A stretch of 64,000 nucleotides of DNA, from positions 16,557-80,556 of the forward strand of contig JAPPLW010000007.1 in NCBI GenBank assembly GCA_028819345.1. The letters run 5' to 3'. The position numbers and the translations under genes are program-made. The first letter of the stretch is position 1. Every line of letters begins with the position of its first letter. This DNA comes from a bacterium (GTDB taxonomy: Bacteria; Actinomycetota; Acidimicrobiia; Spongiisociales; ZC4RG35). Below the pieces are notes generated by a model, which ran no database searches, had not been told where the DNA came from, and saw only the letters and a program-made list of their open reading frames with translations. Shown here in pieces: positions 46,622 to 55,821 of this stretch.

Positions 46622-47257
46622 TCAGGAGGAGAAGCGCTCCTCCAGTACGGCAATCATCTCCGACGGCGATACTTCCCGATCGGCGGCCAGGACCAGGAGG
46701 TGGTAGAGAAGATCGGCCATCTCCTCGGCTACCCGCCGTTTGTCCGCCTCCCCGCGTGCGTGGTCCCGGGCAGCCATCAGCACCTCGGTTGCCTCCTCCA
46801 TCAGCTTCCGGCCAGCCAGGTCCACCCCACCTTCCAAGAGCCGGGTGGTGTAGGAGCCGGCCGGTCGCTCCGCAGCCCGGGAAGCGATAACACCCCAAAG
46901 CTGCTCCAGCCAAAAGAATCCCTCGGGCGGTGCGTCGTCGAAGCAGGTGGTGGTTTGGCGGTGACAGGCTGGACCGGCCGGGCGGACGGTGATCAAGAGC
47001 GTGTCGGTGTCGCAGTCGGCAGCGACAGTCACCACCTCCAGGGTGGCGCCGCTGGTGGCGCCCTTGAACCAGAGTTCCTGGCGGGACCGGGACCAGAAGT
47101 GGGCGTAGCCGCTATCCAGCGTTGCGGCGTACGACTCCCGGTTCAGGTAGGCCACCATCAGCACCTGGCCCGTCCGGGCGTCCTGCACCACCCCCGGTAT
47201 CAGCCCATCGGCGCTCCACTTGAGATCACCGGCCCGGGGTGGGGACAAGCCGCTCAC
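46622..47257 (-). CDS. hisIE: bifunctional phosphoribosyl-AMP cyclohydrolase / phosphoribosyl-ATP pyrophosphatase
   Basis: HisI part: [25 protein letters not shown]...[13 protein letters not shown]...CDTDTLL. HisE part: [10 protein letters not shown]...[12 protein letters not shown] overlap with the hisF stop. Confidence 0.85.
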   Translation of the reverse strand: MSGLSPPRAGDLKWSADGLIPGVVQDARTGQVLMVAYLNRESYAATLDSGYAHFWSRSRQELWFKGATSGATLEVVTVAADCDTDTLLITVRPAGPACHRQTTTCFDDAPPEGFFWLEQLWGVIASRAAERPAGSYTTRLLEGGVDLAGRKLMEEATEVLMAARDHARGEADKRRVAEEMADLLYHLLVLAADREVSPSEMIAVLEERFSS

Positions 47258-48015
47258 ACCAGGCGCACCGGCACGCCCGCCCGGGCCATGGCGCGCTTGA
47301 CCTCGGAAATCTCGATCTCCTTGCGGTGGAAAATGGAGGCGGCCAGCACCGCCTCGGCGCCGGCCTCCAAGCATGCATCCACACAGTGCTGAGTGGTGCC
47401 GGCTCCTCCCGAGGCTATCACCGGCACCTCCACGGCGGCGGTGACGGCTGCGGTCAACTCCAGGTCGTAGCCGTCCTTCGTCCCGTCCCGGTCCATGGAG
47501 GTGAGGAGAATCTCACCGGCGCCCAGTTCGACTCCCCGCCGGGCCCACTCAACCGCATCCCAGCCGATGGGCTCCCTGCCGCCCACGACCACCACTTCGA
47601 ATCCTCCCTCGGGACGGCGCCGGGCATCGATGGCCAGCACCACGCACTGACGCCCGAAGCGGCGGCGGCACTCCCGGAGGAGTTCCGGGCGACGGACCGC
47701 AGCGGTGTTGATGCTTACCTTGTCGGCCCCGGCCCGGAGGGCCGACTTCATGTCCTCGGGGGAGCGGATCCCGCCACCCACCGTGAGCGGGATGAACACC
47801 TCCGAGGCGGTGCGTCTCACCACATCCCACATGGTGTCGCGGTTCTCCGGAGCGGCGGCGATATCCAGGTAGCAGATCTCGTCCGCGCCCTCGGACGCAT
47901 ACCGGCTCGCCAACTCGATCGGGTCCCCCTCATCGGTGAGGTTGACGAAGTTGACTCCCTTCACCACCCGGCCGTCCGCCACGTCCAGGCAGGGAATGAT
48001 CCTCTTGCGCAGCAT
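47254..48015 (-). CDS. hisF: imidazole glycerol phosphate synthase cyclase subunit
   Basis: [44 protein letters not shown]. Confidence 0.9.
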   Translation of the reverse strand: MLRKRIIPCLDVADGRVVKGVNFVNLTDEGDPIELASRYASEGADEICYLDIAAAPENRDTMWDVVRRTASEVFIPLTVGGGIRSPEDMKSALRAGADKVSINTAAVRRPELLRECRRRFGRQCVVLAIDARRRPEGGFEVVVVGGREPIGWDAVEWARRGVELGAGEILLTSMDRDGTKDGYDLELTAAVTAAVEVPVIASGGAGTTQHCVDACLEAGAEAVLAASIFHRKEIEISEVKRAMARAGVPVRLV

Positions 48016-48632
48016 CAGCGGGACTCCGATCCGGTCCGGCATTCGGCCAGGAAGTTGGAGAGCACCCGAAGGCCGTTGGCGCCGGACCGCTCGGGATGGA
48101 ACTGGACCCCCACCCGACGCCCGTCCCTTACCGCCACGCAGAACCGGGCGCCATAACTGGCCTCGCCGATGACCAACCCCGAATCGATGGGCGCCGGCGC
48201 GTAGGAGTGGACGAAGTAAAAGGTGGGATGGTCCGGAAGGCCCTCCCACAGAGGGTCCTCGGCGCTCATCAGCAGATCGTTCCACCCGATGTGGGGAAGG
48301 CGAGGAGTCTCCCGCAACCGCTCCACCCGGCCGGGCATCAGCCCCAGACAGGCGCTGTCATCCTCCGAACTGGTATCGAAGAACAACTGCAGACCCACAC
48401 AGATCCCCAGTAGCGGGCCCGTCCAGTCAACCAGGGAGTCTACGAAGCCTGCTTGTTCCAGCCGTTCCATCGCGGCGCCGGGGGTTCCCACGCCGGGAAG
48501 CACCACCCCGTCAGCGCCGTCGAGTTGATGCGGCCCGGCGGCCAGCACCGTCTCCGCACCCACCCTCTCCAGTCCCTGGGTGATGGAGACCAGGTTTCCG
48601 GCGCCATGGTCAACCACGGCGACTCTCGTCAA
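48015..48632 (-). CDS. hisH: imidazole glycerol phosphate synthase glutamine amidotransferase subunit
   Basis: [38 protein letters not shown]. Confidence 0.9.
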   Translation of the reverse strand: MTRVAVVDHGAGNLVSITQGLERVGAETVLAAGPHQLDGADGVVLPGVGTPGAAMERLEQAGFVDSLVDWTGPLLGICVGLQLFFDTSSEDDSACLGLMPGRVERLRETPRLPHIGWNDLLMSAEDPLWEGLPDHPTFYFVHSYAPAPIDSGLVIGEASYGARFCVAVRDGRRVGVQFHPERSGANGLRVLSNFLAECRTGSESR

Positions 48633-49213
48633 GTGGCGCCCTTGGTGGAGGCCACACCCACCCGCCTGGGATCGCGCTCCACCGCTTGGCGCAGGGCGCG
48701 GGCAAGAGCCTTGATGGCAGCCTCCGCCTGGTGGTGGTCGTTCCGGCCTATCGAGCTCAAGTGGAGGGTGATACCTGCGGTCCGCGCCAGGGACTCGATC
48801 GCATGGGGGAGGTTCTGGGTGGTGAGGTTCCCGATGGCCGGGTTGCGAAGAGGGAGATCCACCACCGCGTAGGGACGGCCGCCCACATCCACCGCCGCGC
48901 TGCCCAGGGCTTCGTCCATAGGAACCGCCGCGTCTCCAAAACGGTTGATACCCGCCCGATCCCCCAATGCCTCGGCAATGGCCGATCCGAGCACCAGGGC
49001 GGTGTCCTCCACGGTGTGATGATCGTCAACTTCCAGGTCACCCCGGGTATTGATCGTCAGGTCGAACAGCGCGTGGTGGGCCAGAGAGGTGAGGAGGTGA
49101 TCGAAGAAACCCACTCCGGTGGAGACCTGAGCTTGGCCTGATCCGTCCAGATCGAGGCGGACTTCCACCGAGGTCTCCTTGGTCTCCCTGCTCAGGTGTG
49201 CGGTTCTCTTCAT
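48629..49213 (-). CDS. hisB: imidazoleglycerol-phosphate dehydratase
   Basis: RETKETSVEVRLDLDG, GVGFFDHLL, DDHHTVEDTALVLG, GRNDHHQAEA. Only the last 194 codons of the 608-aa track ORF are real. Confidence 0.9.
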   Translation of the reverse strand: MKRTAHLSRETKETSVEVRLDLDGSGQAQVSTGVGFFDHLLTSLAHHALFDLTINTRGDLEVDDHHTVEDTALVLGSAIAEALGDRAGINRFGDAAVPMDEALGSAAVDVGGRPYAVVDLPLRNPAIGNLTTQNLPHAIESLARTAGITLHLSSIGRNDHHQAEAAIKALARALRQAVERDPRRVGVASTKGAT

Positions 49214-50517
49214 GCTGCTCCTTCCGTGCTGAACCGTAGCTCTGCGGCGCGGCGGTGGGCCGTGAAGCCTTCCACATCGGCCAGTCGGGTGATGATGGGG
49301 AGAATATCGGCCAGACCCTCCCGGGTCAGCCGTTGCTCCTGGCGCCACGAACCGAAGTCCTCCACCGACAGGGGACCGTAACAGGCGGCCAGGCCTCCAG
49401 TGGGAAGCACGTGATTGGCGCCGGTTGCATAATCGCCTGCCGACTCCGCCGACCAGCGCCCGACGTAAACGGAGCCGGCGGCAGTGACCGCCTTGGCGTG
49501 CGTCTCGGTATCGGCGGTGAGGAGGGAGACGTGCTCTGCGGCGTATTGATTGGTGAAGGAGATAGCTTGGGTCATGTCGGGAGCGATCACCGTCATGCCG
49601 TGGTTGGAAAGAGCTTCGGCCAGAATGTCCCGACGCCCGAGGGAGGCCAGCTGCTCCTCGAGTGCCTCCTCCACCCGGGAGGGGAGGGTCGGGTCGGTGG
49701 TGACCAGGACCGCGGGGGAGTCCGGTCCGTGCTCGGCCTGGCAGAGTAGGTCGGCGGCGACCAGCGCCGGATCGGCCGAGTCGTCGGCTAGCACCAGTAC
49801 TTCCGAGGGACCGGCCGGGAGGTCTATGCCGCAATCCCCGAACACCGCCAACTTGGCCGCCGTCACCCATTGGCTGCCCGGTCCGACGATCTTCTCCACC
49901 CGCTTGACGAGTCCGGTCCCGTAGGCGAGGGTTGCGACGGCGCCCGCGCCTCCCATGGCCCACACCTCGTCGGCGCCCGCCACCCAGCAGGCCGCCAGGG
50001 TCGCCCCGTTGACGCTCCCATCGACGCCGGCCGGGGTGGCGACCACCACCTCCGTCACTCCGGCCACCTTGGCCGGGACCACCGTCATCAGGACGGTGGA
50101 GGGGTAGGCGGCCTTTCCGCCGGGAACGTAGGCGCCCACCCGGCTGAGGGGGGACCACCGCCGAGTGATGGCGATGCCCGGTACATCCTCGTGGTGGACG
50201 TCCGATGGGATCTGGGGACGGTGGAACGCCGCGATACGCTCCTTGGCTTCCTCGAGGGCGGCGGTTACCTCCGGGATCTCCCCGGCAGCTTGCTCCAGCA
50301 TTTCCCGCGCCACCGGGAAGTACCCCCCTCCATGGCGGGCGGCCACACGTTCCATGGCCCGATCTCCCTCGTTCCGGACCTCCTCGCAGATGGCCCCGGC
50401 GATCCTCCGCACCTCGGGGTCGGGCACCGCGCTGCGAAGACACAACCCGGTCCACTCGGCTTCGGTCAGTTCTTTCAGCGACACCTGGCGCAAACGAGGT
50501 TGAGGGACAGCAATCAC
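49210..50517 (-). CDS. hisD: histidinol dehydrogenase
   Basis: 435 aa. YVPGGKAAYPSTVLM, QAEHGPDS, GDYATGANHVLPT. Confidence 0.9.
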   Translation of the reverse strand: MIAVPQPRLRQVSLKELTEAEWTGLCLRSAVPDPEVRRIAGAICEEVRNEGDRAMERVAARHGGGYFPVAREMLEQAAGEIPEVTAALEEAKERIAAFHRPQIPSDVHHEDVPGIAITRRWSPLSRVGAYVPGGKAAYPSTVLMTVVPAKVAGVTEVVVATPAGVDGSVNGATLAACWVAGADEVWAMGGAGAVATLAYGTGLVKRVEKIVGPGSQWVTAAKLAVFGDCGIDLPAGPSEVLVLADDSADPALVAADLLCQAEHGPDSPAVLVTTDPTLPSRVEEALEEQLASLGRRDILAEALSNHGMTVIAPDMTQAISFTNQYAAEHVSLLTADTETHAKAVTAAGSVYVGRWSAESAGDYATGANHVLPTGGLAACYGPLSVEDFGSWRQEQRLTREGLADILPIITRLADVEGFTAHRRAAELRFSTEGAA

Positions 50518-51377
50518 GGGATGAGTTGTCCTATGTCAAGCACCAGGATTCCCTTCCCGCCCGCATCTTCGAGCCGGGGGAGGAGGTCCCAGAGGTCAGA
50601 AGCGTCCACCACCGAGTGCATCGCCACCATTTCCGAGTCGTCCAACGGAACGATGGTGGGAGCAGAGAGGCCGGGCATCAGCCGGCTGATCTCGGCAGTG
50701 TTTTCGACGGAGGTGTTGAGAAGCAGATAGCGCTTGCGGCGCCCGGCGGTGACCGCCCGCACCGCGGTCACCAGTTGGCGGACCATCCGGCGGTCCCTCA
50801 CCTCGGGGAGGCCGGCCAGGACTGCCTGGGACTCGAGGAGCACGCCGATATCCCGCAGTCCGTTGAGCCGGAGGGTGGACCCTGTCGAGACCAGGTCGAC
50901 CACCGCGTCGGCCAGGGCGATCTTGGTGGCCGCCTCGACCGATCCCTTGAGGGCCACGACAGAGGCAGGGATGCCACGACCCGAGAGGAATCGGGCGGTG
51001 GTCCGGGGATGAGAGGTGGCGACCCGGAGTCCCCTCAGATCCTCCAGGGAGCCGATGGTAGAGGCGTTGGGCACCGCGGCCGCCAGGCGACAGAACCCGA
51101 AGTCCAGTTTGACAAGCGGTACCAGGGAGCCATCCGGATCGGACTCCTCCATGAGGTCCAGGCCCGTGATCCCAACATCGGCCACACCCTCGATCAGCAT
51201 TCCCGGTATGTCCTCTGTACGGACCAGCACCAGATCCACCTCCACGTTCCGAACCCGCAGGGACAGGGCCCGGTCGGTTACCTCGAAGGACATCCCGGCG
51301 TTCTTGAGAAGGCGGAGGGAAGGTTCCCGGAGGCGACCCTTGTTGGGTACCGCCAGGGTGAGTGCGCTCTTGTTCAT
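50514..51377 (-). CDS. hisG: ATP phosphoribosyltransferase, long form
   Basis: LTLAVPNKGRL, VRTEDIPGMLIEGVADVGITGLD, DLVSTGSTLRLNGL, plus the C-terminal regulatory domain. ATG 51377. Confidence 0.9.
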   Translation of the reverse strand: MNKSALTLAVPNKGRLREPSLRLLKNAGMSFEVTDRALSLRVRNVEVDLVLVRTEDIPGMLIEGVADVGITGLDLMEESDPDGSLVPLVKLDFGFCRLAAAVPNASTIGSLEDLRGLRVATSHPRTTARFLSGRGIPASVVALKGSVEAATKIALADAVVDLVSTGSTLRLNGLRDIGVLLESQAVLAGLPEVRDRRMVRQLVTAVRAVTAGRRKRYLLLNTSVENTAEISRLMPGLSAPTIVPLDDSEMVAMHSVVDASDLWDLLPRLEDAGGKGILVLDIGQLIP

Positions 51378-51382
51378 CGGGT

Positions 51383-51691
51383 CTATTCCGTTTCTGGCGC
51401 CGACTCGATCCGGGAGAGCGCCAAGCGATAACCCCCGGTGCCGTGACGCAACCATTGGTTGATACGGGTGATGGTGGCGGTGGCGGCGCCGGTGATCTCC
51501 GAGATCTGCCGGTAGGAGAGCCCCCGGTCGAGTTGGCGGACGACCGCCCATCGCTGGCTCAGGTCCGATATCTCCTTGCGGGTGCAGAGATCCCGGAAGA
51601 AGATGGCGGCTTCGTCCACCGTCTCCAGGGTCAGCACCGCGGAGAAGAGCGCCCGGGTGTCCTGGTTGCGCCATGATCTGTCGACCGTCAT
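51383..51691 (-). CDS. TrpR-like YerC/YecD-family DNA-binding protein (candidate his-operon regulator)
   Basis: LFSAVLTLETVDEAAIFFRDLCTRKEISDLSQRWAVVRQLDRGLSYRQISEITGAATATITRINQWL closely follows the YerC/YecD pattern. The stop lies 5 nt before hisG. Confidence 0.8.
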   Translation of the reverse strand: MTVDRSWRNQDTRALFSAVLTLETVDEAAIFFRDLCTRKEISDLSQRWAVVRQLDRGLSYRQISEITGAATATITRINQWLRHGTGGYRLALSRIESAPETE

Positions 51692-51710
51692 ATAATGTCC
51701 ATGGTTGACG

Positions 51711-51749
51711 TTAGTGTGCTAACATTATAGCATATTAGCACATTAGCGC
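51711..51749. promoter_or_regulatory. array of TTAGC/GCTAA half-sites overlapping divergent promoters (candidate operator)
   Basis: TTAGTG (51711), GTGCTAA (51716-51722) -N12- TTAGCAC (51735-51741), TTAGCGC (51743-51749). A minus-strand TATAAT (complement of 51724-51729) sits in the spacer, and TTGCGC lies 16 nt upstream of it. Confidence 0.4.
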
Positions 51750-51786
51750 AACCTCGGTTTCCCGAATCCCAGGAGAGCGCTCTGAG

Positions 51787-52497
51787 ATGCAGATAATCCC
51801 GGCCGTGGACATACTGGAGGGGAGGGTGGTCAGATTGCTGCACGGCGACTATGGCAAGGTGACTCGCTACTCGGACGATCCGGTTGAAATGGCAGCCGGA
51901 TGGGTGGAACAGGGCGCTGCGTTGGTCCATGTAGTGGACCTCTCCGGCGCCAAGACGGGTGATCCCGACCGGCGGATCTGGAGGGAGATGGGCGAGGCGG
52001 GAATTCCGTTCCAGGTGGGCGGGGGGATCCGCACTGCCGACGCAGCCCGGTCGGCGCTGGCCGCGGGGGCCCGGCGGGTGGTCATGGGAACCGCGGCGGT
52101 GTGGAATCCGGCCGCCCTGGGAGAGGTGGGGGAGGTGGAGCGAGTGGTGGCGGCTCTCGACGTGCGAGCAGGCCGGGCTCGAGGGGCTGGGTGGCTGGAC
52201 GAAGGGCGCTCGGTCCCCCAAGCACTGAGAGGACTGCGGGAAGCGGGTGTGGTGAGGTTGTTGGTGACCGGCATCGAGCGGGACGGAGCCATGAAGGGGC
52301 CGGACCTAGACCTGCTGGCACAGGTGGGAGGGCTCTCGGATATGGCGGTAATCGCCTCCGGTGGAGTGGGTGATCTCCCCGATCTCAGGGCGGTGGCGGC
52401 CTTGGGATGCGAGGCCGTGATTGTGGGAAGGGCGTTGTATGAGGGACGGTTCACCCTGAGCGAAGCCATCTCAGCCGCCGCTCCAGCCGATCGATAG
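51787..52497 (+). CDS. hisA: ProFAR isomerase HisA (possibly PriA-type)
   Basis: MQIIPAVDILEGRVVRL, HVVDLSGA, QVGGGIR, VMGTAAV, IASGGV. Confidence 0.9.
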   Translation: MQIIPAVDILEGRVVRLLHGDYGKVTRYSDDPVEMAAGWVEQGAALVHVVDLSGAKTGDPDRRIWREMGEAGIPFQVGGGIRTADAARSALAAGARRVVMGTAAVWNPAALGEVGEVERVVAALDVRAGRARGAGWLDEGRSVPQALRGLREAGVVRLLVTGIERDGAMKGPDLDLLAQVGGLSDMAVIASGGVGDLPDLRAVAALGCEAVIVGRALYEGRFTLSEAISAAAPADR

Positions 52498-52505
52498 GAC
52501 AGAGA

Positions 52506-53327
52506 TTAACCGTCCGAACGTTGACGGCGGGCCTCGAACAGCAGCACGGCCGCCGCCGATCCGGCGTTGAGGGAGTCGACGGTCCCCGACATGGGGATGG
52601 ACACCTTGCGGTCGGCGCCCTCCAGCCAGAGGTCCGACAGGCCGTACTGTTCGGTGCCGATCACCACGGCCACCCTGTCCGAGAGATCGGTTTGCCAGCA
52701 TGGCTCCGGGGCAACCGGACTGGTGGCTATCACCCGGAGGTCTGCCCGGCGGAGCCAATCCAGCGCCTCCCTTCCCTCGGCCACCGCCAGCGGAACGGTA
52801 AACAGGGACCCCAACGATGCGCGAACCACGTTGGGGTTGAAGACGTCGGTGGCCGGATCGGCCACCACCACGGCATCCGCTCCCGCCGCCTCGGCCGTCC
52901 GGAGCATCGCGCCCAGGTTCCCGGGCTTCTCCACCGACTCCACGACCAGGACGAGGGGCGCTGGTCCCAGCCGGAGCCCAGAGAGCGGAAGGGTTGGTTG
53001 GCGGAGCACCGCCAGGAGGCCCTCGGGACGGTCGCGGTAGGCAACCTTCCGGAACGCAGCTTCGGACATCTCCACCACTTCGGCAGCCTGCGCCGCCTCC
53101 GAGAGGAGCTTCTCCTCGTTATCACCCAGATAGAGCGGCGGGCAGCAGTACACCGCCTCCAACTGCCCCTTCCAGGCCAATGCCCTTCGCAATTCCCGGT
53201 ATCCCTCAACCAGGAATGTCGCCTTCCTCTCCCGCTCTCGGCGGGTGCGAAGACGGACCAAGGCCTTGACCCGGGGATTCTGCGGAGAGGAAATGAAGGT
53301 GCGCAGCAGAGAGGTCTGGGACATCAC
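52506..53327 (-). CDS. TrmH/SpoU-family RNA 2'-O-methyltransferase
   Basis: VESVEKPGNLGAMLRTAEAAGADAVVV, IGTEQYGLS, IPMSGTVDSLNAGSAAAVLLFE. Confidence 0.85.
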   Translation of the reverse strand: MMSQTSLLRTFISSPQNPRVKALVRLRTRRERERKATFLVEGYRELRRALAWKGQLEAVYCCPPLYLGDNEEKLLSEAAQAAEVVEMSEAAFRKVAYRDRPEGLLAVLRQPTLPLSGLRLGPAPLVLVVESVEKPGNLGAMLRTAEAAGADAVVVADPATDVFNPNVVRASLGSLFTVPLAVAEGREALDWLRRADLRVIATSPVAPEPCWQTDLSDRVAVVIGTEQYGLSDLWLEGADRKVSIPMSGTVDSLNAGSAAAVLLFEARRQRSDG

Positions 53328-53394
53328 ACAGTCCTACCACGGGCCCTGGGCCTGCTCCGGTGGCACATCGTCCAGACAGCCGTGAAGGCCGGCA

Positions 53395-54513
53395 TCACAG
53401 GAACCGCTCCGGAGCGACCACCGCCGCGTCGAACCCATGATCCACCAGCCGGGTGGGGACCTCGGAGTCCAACACCAGGGAAGCGGTCAACTCGCCGGCG
53501 CCGGGGGATGTCTGGATCCCGGTCCCTCCCTGGCCCACCAGCCAGAAGAATCCTTCTGCCCGCGGATCGAATCCGATCACCATCTCACGGTCCGGAGCAA
53601 ATGTCCTCAGCCCCGTCCAAGAGGAGCGAACCGATCGAATCCCCAACGTGGTCGCCTGGTTGATGCGCTCGATCGCCAGGGCGATGTCGATCGGCTCGGG
53701 ACGGGCGTCGCAGGGAGGGGAGGGGTTCTCCTCCGACAGGGAGCAGAGCAGTTGGACGCCGTCCGGCTTGAAATACCATCCCATCTCGACGCTGGCCACC
53801 AGTGGCCATGACTCGTACTCGTCAGACCCGGGAACCATGAACACGGTCCGGCGCATGGGAGTAATGCCCATCGGGCCGAGGCCCGCCATCCGGGCGACCT
53901 CATCCCCCCACGCCCCGGCCGCATTCACCACCACCTGGGCCGTCAAGGTCTCGTCCCCGGCCCTAACTCTCCATCCGCCGGCGGTCTTCTCCATTGCCCT
54001 GACCGGTGAGGAGACCCGGATCTCGGCGCCCCATCGCCGGGCGCCCCGCACGAAGGCCTGGTGGACCGCCGCCACATCGATGTCGGCCGCTCCGGGTTCC
54101 CAAACCGCGCCGGCCAGCCCCTCCGGACGGAGCGCCGGGCAAATACGACGCGCCTTGTCGGCATCCAACAACTCCACCCAGGCCCCCTGCCTTCCCGCAT
54201 CGGCAACCCACTGTTCGAGCGCCCTCATCTGGCGCTCCCCGCCAACCAGCATCCCGCCCCGCGGGGACAGGAACGGAAAGTCGGCCAACCCCGGGGGAGG
54301 TTCATCGAGGAAGGCGCGGCTGGCCGAAGTCAGGGGACGGATCCCCTGCGATCCGTAGGACTCGAACAGGAGGGCGGCTGAGCGCCCGGTGGTGTGATAG
54401 GCAAGGGTGGGCTCGGTTTCGAGCAACACCACCTCGGCTCGCTCAGCAAGATAGAAAGCGGCGGCGGCGCCGGCGATGCCGCCCCCTATCACCGCAACCC
54501 GAAGAGGAGTCAC
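53395..54513 (-). CDS. FAD-dependent oxidoreductase (DAO family)
   Basis: VAVIGGGIAGAAAAFYLAERAEVVLLE dinucleotide fold and GQGGTGIQTSPGAG near the C-terminus. Confidence 0.8.
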   Translation of the reverse strand: MTPLRVAVIGGGIAGAAAAFYLAERAEVVLLETEPTLAYHTTGRSAALLFESYGSQGIRPLTSASRAFLDEPPPGLADFPFLSPRGGMLVGGERQMRALEQWVADAGRQGAWVELLDADKARRICPALRPEGLAGAVWEPGAADIDVAAVHQAFVRGARRWGAEIRVSSPVRAMEKTAGGWRVRAGDETLTAQVVVNAAGAWGDEVARMAGLGPMGITPMRRTVFMVPGSDEYESWPLVASVEMGWYFKPDGVQLLCSLSEENPSPPCDARPEPIDIALAIERINQATTLGIRSVRSSWTGLRTFAPDREMVIGFDPRAEGFFWLVGQGGTGIQTSPGAGELTASLVLDSEVPTRLVDHGFDAAVVAPERFL

Positions 54514-54523
54514 GGTGTGTCCC

Positions 54524-55006
54524 TCAGAGATAGAGCCCGGTCGGCGGCCGGTCTTCGGGTTCGGGGCAGCCCGCCATCAGCTTGGCCCGCTGCGCGGCCC
54601 GAGCCTGGGCCATCATCTGTCTGGTCACCAGGCTGGCCTGGATGCCCTGGAACAGCCCCTCCAACCACCCGATCAACTGGGCCTGGGCGATGCGCACCTC
54701 CGACGACGTGGGTGGGTCATCTCCAAGCAGCGGCTCGAACATGCGGTCGAACTCGGTCAGCAACTGCTCACTGAGCACATCCCGGAGTTCATCGAGGGAG
54801 CGATCATGGATTTTGGAGATGAGTTCCCTCCCCGCCTCGTCGGGGGTGGCGGCCCGCACCTCCTCGAGAATCGAGCGGGTCATCGTGGCGATCCTGATCA
54901 ACTTGCCGGGCTCGGTGACCTCCTGATCAGAGTCCGGCTCTTCGGCATCCCCGCCGACCTGCCCGCCTTCTACCAGATCGGGACGGAGAGTTTGATCAGA
55001 CCGCAT
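54524..55006 (-). CDS. bpa: bacterial proteasome activator Bpa/PafE-like (DUF2587)
   Basis: KLIRIATMTRSILEEVRAA, EVRIAQAQLIGWLEGLFQGIQASL, C-terminus ...PPTGLYL. Confidence 0.75.
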   Translation of the reverse strand: MRSDQTLRPDLVEGGQVGGDAEEPDSDQEVTEPGKLIRIATMTRSILEEVRAATPDEAGRELISKIHDRSLDELRDVLSEQLLTEFDRMFEPLLGDDPPTSSEVRIAQAQLIGWLEGLFQGIQASLVTRQMMAQARAAQRAKLMAGCPEPEDRPPTGLYL

Positions 55007-55024
55007 ATTGGGAGAGGATAATGG

Positions 55025-55759
55025 CTAGACAGGTACCTCGGCGCCGTTCAACACCCACGCCTCCCTGCTCAACAGGAACTCCGCCACCCGGGCTACCTCA
55101 TCGGGAGTCGGCCAGAGGCTGTGATCGGCGTCGGGCATGGCCTCCCGGGACACCGGGGTGTCGATTACCGATGGCATCAGCACCGAAACGGAGACCTCGG
55201 TCTTCACCAACTCGGCGGCCAGGCTCCGGCCCAGCGCAACCACCCCCGCCTTGGCGATGTTGAACGCAGCCTGGTCGCGTGGTGCGTCGAAGGCGGCCCT
55301 GCTGGCGGTCAGCACCACCCGGGCCCAGTCGGCGCTGCGAAGGTAGGGGAGGGCGGCCCGAACCATCGTGAAGGTCGAGCGGAGGTTGGCGTCAAGCATC
55401 CTCTCGAGTCGCAGATCAGAAGTCTGCTCGACCGTCGTTCCCCCCGCCCAGCTTCCGGCCACGCAGGCCAGTCCGGAGATCGTGCCCCATGTCTCTTCCA
55501 CCTCCGCCAAGAACCTCTCCACGGCCGGAGAATCGGTCACATCGACCCGACGCAGGATGATCCGGGGGTGATAGGTCCCGAAGCGGTCCTCGAACCGCTC
55601 GGCCTCAACCGGTCTGAGGTAGGTCAGTGCCAGGCGGAGCTGCTCGTCGCTCAACAGCCTGTTGGTGAGAGCCTGCCCCAGCCAACTGGTCCCGCCGGTA
55701 ATCGCCACCGTTCTCATTGGCTTCGATTCTGGCAGGTCGGCGCGGGTATGCGAGGTCAT
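55025..55759 (-). CDS. SDR-family oxidoreductase (atypical)
   Basis: VAITGGTSWLGQAL, FNIAKAG, SVLMPSVIDTP. Start is either ATG 55759 or 55717. Confidence 0.75.
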   Translation of the reverse strand: MTSHTRADLPESKPMRTVAITGGTSWLGQALTNRLLSDEQLRLALTYLRPVEAERFEDRFGTYHPRIILRRVDVTDSPAVERFLAEVEETWGTISGLACVAGSWAGGTTVEQTSDLRLERMLDANLRSTFTMVRAALPYLRSADWARVVLTASRAAFDAPRDQAAFNIAKAGVVALGRSLAAELVKTEVSVSVLMPSVIDTPVSREAMPDADHSLWPTPDEVARVAEFLLSREAWVLNGAEVPV

Positions 55760-55821
55760 TCGCCCGATCTTTGCCCGAAAGGCGGCATGGGGGAAAGGGT
55801 CTGCTCTACTCTCGTTATCCG

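Noticed and set aside
49214-50455. N-terminal 414 codons of track ORF 48629..50455
   Set aside because: Arg/Gly-rich and fully overlapping hisD in another frame. Only the last 194 codons (from ATG 49213) match HisB. The same logic applies to the N-terminal parts of ORFs 30874..32688, 37062..38231, 43095..43934, 43550..44515, 50514..51674 and 9415..10521.
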